Source of the DNA: Microgenomates group bacterium | GTDB lineage: Bacteria > Patescibacteriota > Microgenomatia > UBA10105 > UBA927 | Reading direction: 5' to 3' | Assembly: GCA_049287205.1 (NCBI GenBank) | Contig: JBAQFJ010000001.1 | Coordinates: forward strand, 639,041 to 703,040 | Length of the DNA: 64,000 bases | Shown: in pieces, positions 60,096 through 64,000 of the stretch | Numbering within the stretch: the stretch's first letter is position 1 | Layout of the letters: every line of letters begins with the position of its first letter | Notes under the pieces: generated by a model | What the model saw: only the letters and a program-made list of their open reading frames with translations | What the model was told of the DNA's origin: nothing | The model's database searches: none | Position numbers and translations under genes: made by a program

Positions 60096-60683
60096 TTAGG
60101 ACAATTCAACCAATTCTTCTTCATCTCCGACAATCATGACGCGAGAACCAGAAAGAACAGAAAGAACGAATGGATCACGGCGACGTTTTCTAAACGTAAA
60201 TTCTTCCTCAGACATCACCGTATAGTTTAATTCCCTCTCGCGACGCACTTCTTCCGCTTTAACAAGTTGAGACAATTCCGGCAACACCACGTTTCCAACA
60301 ATTAAGATATCCACATCTGTTGACCCTCTTCGTTGCAGTCCGCGCAAATATCTTCCTGACATCATCACAAATTTCAGTTTCCCCAATTTTGCCTTATGTT
60401 TCAGAATGTCGTAGCCGAGTCCCGACGTCTTTCCAACAAGTTCCAACAGTTCAAAGTATAACGGATAATCTTTCCTAAATCCGTAAAACAGCCGATTAGC
60501 ACGCTGTTCTTTCGAAAGCATTCCCGCAACTTCCATATGCGATAGTTCACGCCTTACCGCATTGATCTCTTCACCGATTTTTCTCACGATATCACGTACG
60601 TGAAATATCGCACCCGGGTGACTTAAAAACAGCTGTAACATTTTCACCCGGACTCTTGAGATGATAATATCTTCAAGTAACAT
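60096..60683 (-). CDS. Winged-helix DNA-binding protein fused to a minimal nucleotidyltransferase-like (Pol-beta superfamily) domain
   Basis: N-terminal wHTH. C-terminal SGRYLRG...STDVDILIV resembles the MNT GS-x(n)-DhDh motif. Confidence 0.4.
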   Translation of the reverse strand: MLLEDIIISRVRVKMLQLFLSHPGAIFHVRDIVRKIGEEINAVRRELSHMEVAGMLSKEQRANRLFYGFRKDYPLYFELLELVGKTSGLGYDILKHKAKLGKLKFVMMSGRYLRGLQRRGSTDVDILIVGNVVLPELSQLVKAEEVRRERELNYTVMSEEEFTFRKRRRDPFVLSVLSGSRVMIVGDEEELVELS

Positions 60684-60710
60684 ATTTCATCCTTCCGGGG
60701 CAGGAACCAT

Positions 60711-61922
60711 TTAATATGTCACCGACGTTCCGGTCGGTAACATTTCTATCCAAATTTGCCCTTTATTGAATGATATTTCTTTTCCAGATGTCGCATCAGA
60801 AAACACAGTACGCGCTGATCTGTCGAGTTTTGACCATGTGATCTTTGACGCTTTTCCGTCAACAAACAGAATTCCTGTCCCTGTTCCGATATTTCCATAT
60901 AAAAGATGCATATGGTCATCAACCGGTCCGGTTTCTTTTGCAAACATCACAATAAGTGTTTTTGCCGACAGTTGTTCTCCTGTTTCAAGATCAAGATGTT
61001 TTTGTCCTCCGTTTTCACGAAGATACATATTGGTTGTTTTGTCATACGCCCATTTCACTCCATAATCATTTTCATACCCCTTCCACGCTACAAAACTGAT
61101 ACTGGTCGCATCACCAAGATCCGCGGATTTTGCGTCATCTTTGAATTTCCATGACTGAAATTTTGCGTCCCACTTCACACCTTTACTGTCTACATTGGTC
61201 CAACCCCGCGACTCTGCAAGTGTAATCAATTTATCTGTTTGACATACCATGGTGTGTTCTGTGGCGACGGTATGATCAAGGCGATCATAATTCCGGTAGC
61301 ATGTCGGGAATGAGATACCAAATTGATCCATATCTTTAATCTTGTACGTTTCAATCTGGCATAATGCTTTTGCACGCTCATCCACGGTGTCATCGCTGCA
61401 ATTCCCTGCTCCTCCTACATGGTTATACAATGCGTCATATTCTAACACCCATGGTAAGAAATACGTTCTTGCACTTCGTACCGGCGCGAGATTTACATTT
61501 TCTGCTGCGATTCCGCAATAAAATACACCCATAAATCGGGTAATACCGCCTTCCGCAACAGCTTCATAGACGACATCTGCTGAGGAAAGTCCTGATTGTG
61601 GCCGTGATTCCTGATGATTCTCGATCATCACAGCGAGTGGTCGCCGTTTTTCCCATACTGCTTTTTCTTGTTTTGTGTACAATTTTCCATTTAACGGGCA
61701 TGCCTCTGTGCGAGGAATAGACGGATCTATTGCAAAATGTTTTTGCGTTTTTCCTGTTGAATCAACTTGTAACGTCGTTGACGAGTTTGCTTTTTTTGAT
61801 CCGATTGCCTTAAAAACAACTGTTGATACCCCAGTTGAAATCAAATAGAGTACAATTGCAATAATACCGCTCATGAGCAGATTTTGTTTTTTCATACCTA
61901 ATATTTCCTCCTTGAAATACAT
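60711..61922 (-). CDS. DUF3048 (YerB-like) extracytoplasmic lipoprotein or membrane-anchored protein
   Basis: N-terminal TM helix and a conserved PLAVMIENHQESRPQSGLSSADVVYE...EGGITRF block. Confidence 0.6.
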   Translation of the reverse strand: MYFKEEILGMKKQNLLMSGIIAIVLYLISTGVSTVVFKAIGSKKANSSTTLQVDSTGKTQKHFAIDPSIPRTEACPLNGKLYTKQEKAVWEKRRPLAVMIENHQESRPQSGLSSADVVYEAVAEGGITRFMGVFYCGIAAENVNLAPVRSARTYFLPWVLEYDALYNHVGGAGNCSDDTVDERAKALCQIETYKIKDMDQFGISFPTCYRNYDRLDHTVATEHTMVCQTDKLITLAESRGWTNVDSKGVKWDAKFQSWKFKDDAKSADLGDATSISFVAWKGYENDYGVKWAYDKTTNMYLRENGGQKHLDLETGEQLSAKTLIVMFAKETGPVDDHMHLLYGNIGTGTGILFVDGKASKITWSKLDRSARTVFSDATSGKEISFNKGQIWIEMLPTGTSVTY

Positions 61923-62377
61923 TAAACCGGTTGTGCTTTTTTGATTGCTGATTGCTCTTCTTTTGAAAGCTCAACATCCATGCAGCTTCCCGCTTTTATA
62001 TGTTTAATATACCACCGATTACCCGTTCTCGCATAGAGTGAAGTCATAATAATTCCATTATTTTTCCCGTCAAGAATGGCAATGGTAAAACTTTGACTCC
62101 CTCCGGTATCAGAAAACGGATTAAAACGAACGATACCAATTCGCTGTAAGTGCAACTGTCCGTCCAATTCTACGTCTGTCAGTAATTTTGCGATTTTTTG
62201 AATATCACCGGTATTTGTCTCCTGTTTTACGAGGAGTGCGGAAAGCACTTCATGTAATGTCTTTGCTGTGACACCTTTGGTTAATTTATTGTAATGGGCA
62301 CTCATACGGATAAATAACACCGTTATCACGGTAATCCATACTCCCAACACAACTACTAAGACACTGACAACATTCAT
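61922..62377 (-). CDS. DUF4446 family membrane-anchored protein. The start is taken at the internal ATG (MNVVSVL). The track ORF begins with TTG at 62434, upstream of the predicted -10.
   Basis: TM helix followed by the conserved RFNPFSDTGG block. It overlaps the DUF3048 gene by 1 nt. Confidence 0.55.
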   Translation of the reverse strand: MNVVSVLVVVLGVWITVITVLFIRMSAHYNKLTKGVTAKTLHEVLSALLVKQETNTGDIQKIAKLLTDVELDGQLHLQRIGIVRFNPFSDTGGSQSFTIAILDGKNNGIIMTSLYARTGNRWYIKHIKAGSCMDVELSKEEQSAIKKAQPV

Positions 62378-62404
62378 TTTTGTTGAACACCTTTCGTATT
62401 CATC

Positions 62405-62470
62405 ATAGTAGTATGGAAGTCGTTCTATTGTCAACTAATAAAAGGTGTATTTTTATAGGAAGTGTTGACA
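62405..62470. promoter_or_regulatory. Back-to-back divergent sigma70-like promoters whose two TTGACA -35 hexamers form an 8-bp inverted repeat
   Basis: The minus strand has TTGACA (62434-62429), an 18-nt spacer, then TACTAT (62410-62405). The plus strand has TTGACA (62465-62470) with only a weak -10. Confidence 0.4.
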
Positions 62471-62515
62471 ATACTCTTGAAGCTGTGTTACGCTCATCGC
62501 TAGCCTCAAATACCT

Positions 62516-62782
62516 ATGCCAAAAAAAACTAAAAAGGCTAAGTTAATTGCAGAATACAGAAGAAAACTTCAACACCTCGAAGGTACCTCTATTCCCGTGT
62601 CTTCAACAAGTGCGCACGAAGTGTTCACTTTGCCTGTTGTGACGCCAAATTTACCAAAATCATCCGTAATGGAAATGCCACAAGATGAATCGTTGGCAAT
62701 CCGAAAAGATCTGATCAAAACCGTCATTACCGTTTCATTATTTCTCATATTCGAGTTCTTTTTGGCAAGAATTATACAGTGA
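62516..62782 (+). CDS. Small hypothetical tail-anchored protein with a Lys-rich N-terminus and a C-terminal TM helix
   Basis: 88-aa ORF with no SD; coding status uncertain. Confidence 0.35.
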   Translation: MPKKTKKAKLIAEYRRKLQHLEGTSIPVSSTSAHEVFTLPVVTPNLPKSSVMEMPQDESLAIRKDLIKTVITVSLFLIFEFFLARIIQ

Positions 62783-62827
62783 AACTTTTTATTGAACGAA
62801 CAAATTGAAAGGAGGTGAATAACAACT

Positions 62828-62974
62828 ATGGCAACAATGTATTGTGTAAAATGTCGAGCAAAGAAAGATGACCCAGCAGCAGTTGCAGTCACCTTGAAAA
62901 ACGGCAAACCAGCAATGAAAGGCAAATGCCCAACATGCGGAACCGGAATGTTCAAAATTGGTAGTTCAAAGTAA
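62828..62974 (+). CDS. DUF5679-like zinc-ribbon miniprotein of 48 aa, absent from the ORF track because it is shorter than 60 aa
   Basis: Strong SD AAAGGAGGTG 10 nt upstream of the ATG. Translation is MATMYCVKCRAKKDDPAAVAVTLKNGKPAMKGKCPTCGTGMFKIGSSK, with two CxxC pairs. Two terminator hairpins follow. Confidence 0.7.
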   Translation: MATMYCVKCRAKKDDPAAVAVTLKNGKPAMKGKCPTCGTGMFKIGSSK

Positions 62975-62994
62975 ACCCCGATTGCGGGGTAAAT

Positions 62995-63016
62995 CTGTCC
63001 TACGGGCAGGTTTTTA
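62995..63016 (+). terminator. Intrinsic terminator after the zinc-ribbon miniprotein
   Basis: Hairpin CTGTCC-tac-GGGCAGG, then TTTTTA. Confidence 0.5.
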
Positions 63017-63036
63017 CGCGTAAGAATTTTCTGCCT

Positions 63037-63065
63037 CCCAGCCCCTATGGGGCTGGGTTTCGTTT
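63037..63065 (+). terminator. Second terminator hairpin
   Basis: CCCAGCCCC-tat-GGGGCTGGG, then TTTCGTTT. Confidence 0.5.
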
Positions 63066-63073
63066 ATGTGAGC

Positions 63074-64000
63074 TTATTCCTGTTCTTTCGGACGGTATTG
63101 CAGCGCTTCCGCGAGATGAGGAATTTGTATAACTTTCGCACCTTCAATGTCTGCAATTGTTCTTGCGACTTTTATCACACGGTAAAACGATCGTGCAGAT
63201 ATCCCCATTGTTTTGACGGCAGATCGTAAAAAGGACGACACGGCATCATCAAGCGGACAAAAAATTTTTACTCCGCTTGCCGATAATTCCGCATTCGTCG
63301 TAATTTTTATTCCGGCGTACCGTTTCATTTGCCTATTTCTTGCCGCCTGTATGCGGAAACGAATCAATGCTGAGGACTCTGCTTTTTGTTTTGTATCAGT
63401 CAACTTTTCTGTGGAAACCGCAGGGACAATCACATGGATATCAATTCTATCCATAATCGGCCCTGAAATTCTTGCGCGATAACGGTTCACCGTTTGCATA
63501 GAACAGATACACCGTTTTGTACCTGACCCATAATTTCCGCAAGGACAGGGATTTGCGGATGCCACCAACATAAACTGGGCAGGATAAATCATGGAACCTG
63601 CCGCTCTTGCAATCGTCACAATTCCGTCTTCCATCGGCTGACGCAATGCTTCTAGAACGTGTCTTGGAAATTCAGGAAATTCATCACAAAATAATACCCC
63701 GCGGTGTGCAAGAGATATTTCTCCCGGAGTTGGATGTGTTCCCCCGCCGATAAGTCCAATGCACGACGTCGTGTGATGTGGGGCACGAAACGGCCGATAT
63801 TTTATGAGCGACTGTCCCTGCGGCAAATTGCCAGTTACGGAATATATTTTTGTCACCTCAACCGCTTCGTCTTCTGTCAATTTTGGCATAATAGAAGGTA
63901 TTGCGCGGGCGAGCATTGTTTTTCCGGCGCCAGGCGGACCCTGCATAAACACGTTATGTCCTCCTGCAACAGCTATTTCTATCGCGCGTTTTGCAGTCTC
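63074..64000 (-). CDS. comM: Mg-chelatase-like AAA+ ATPase YifB/ComM (competence protein ComM family), N-terminally truncated at the window edge
   Basis: Walker A GPPGAGKTM, Walker B VLFCDEFPEF, and a C-terminal Mg_chelatase_C-like region. The ORF stays open upstream of the track Met, to the window end. Confidence 0.85.
   Translation of the reverse strand, partial: ETAKRAIEIAVAGGHNVFMQGPPGAGKTMLARAIPSIMPKLTEDEAVEVTKIYSVTGNLPQGQSLIKYRPFRAPHHTTSCIGLIGGGTHPTPGEISLAHRGVLFCDEFPEFPRHVLEALRQPMEDGIVTIARAAGSMIYPAQFMLVASANPCPCGNYGSGTKRCICSMQTVNRYRARISGPIMDRIDIHVIVPAVSTEKLTDTKQKAESSALIRFRIQAARNRQMKRYAGIKITTNAELSASGVKIFCPLDDAVSSFLRSAVKTMGISARSFYRVIKVARTIADIEGAKVIQIPHLAEALQYRPKEQE

Noticed and set aside
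62428-62471. 8-bp inverted repeat TTGTCAAC-n28-GTTGACAA, a possible operator
   Set aside because: It is most simply explained as the two TTGACA -35 hexamers of divergent promoters for the DUF4446 gene and the small + strand ORF. It is listed as a regulatory feature instead.

Overview
Compact, gene-dense bacterial chromosomal segment, about 40% GC, nearly all housekeeping genes. UGA is a stop codon: release factor 2 is present. Gene content and architecture (minimal SufD, short GAD-less AspRS, a DUF5679 zinc-ribbon miniprotein, many 1-17 nt gene overlaps) suggest a small-genome, possibly Patescibacteria/CPR-like organism. That assignment is inference only. Gene order on the reverse strand is ftsX-ftsE-hypothetical-prfB. 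ruvCAB follows on the forward strand, then a DsbA/BdbD-like thioredoxin-fold protein with a degenerate CPFG active site. Next come a MacAB-like tripartite efflux unit and an ABC-2 exporter. A long reverse-strand operon runs secA, speE-like methyltransferase, serS, rdgB, and a lysS whose product carries a C-terminal HD-phosphohydrolase domain. Downstream lie greA with a terminator-like leader, tRNA-Glu(CTC), a cold-shock protein, a class-A beta-lactamase-like hydrolase and lon. A single reverse-strand run from 30919 to 23296 contains rrf2, sufCBDSU, a ferredoxin and a 2-oxoacid:ferredoxin oxidoreductase pair. The next stretch has oxidative-stress genes (rubrerythrin, Bcp), alkylation repair (AlkD-like, Ogt), a Zur-ZIP pair, a GT4 glycosyltransferase, and a DEAD-box helicase next to an RRM protein. 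A YahK-type alcohol dehydrogenase follows, with a (TA)n repeat abutting its start codon. The convergent intergenic region after it hides a tRNA-Gln(CUG) on the reverse strand, between a MutY-like glycosylase and a bidirectional terminator; the ORF track misses this tRNA. The rest holds era, gltX, a short aspS, recJ, cca, secDF, a wHTH-nucleotidyltransferase-like protein, a DUF3048-DUF4446 pair, a DUF5679 miniprotein and a truncated comM/yifB. No CRISPR array, transposase, integrase, rRNA gene or obvious defence island was found. The novelty candidates are the LysRS-HD fusion, the cryptic tRNA-Gln, the CPFG thioredoxin-fold protein, the TA repeat at the adh start, and a few uncharacterised membrane or secreted proteins.
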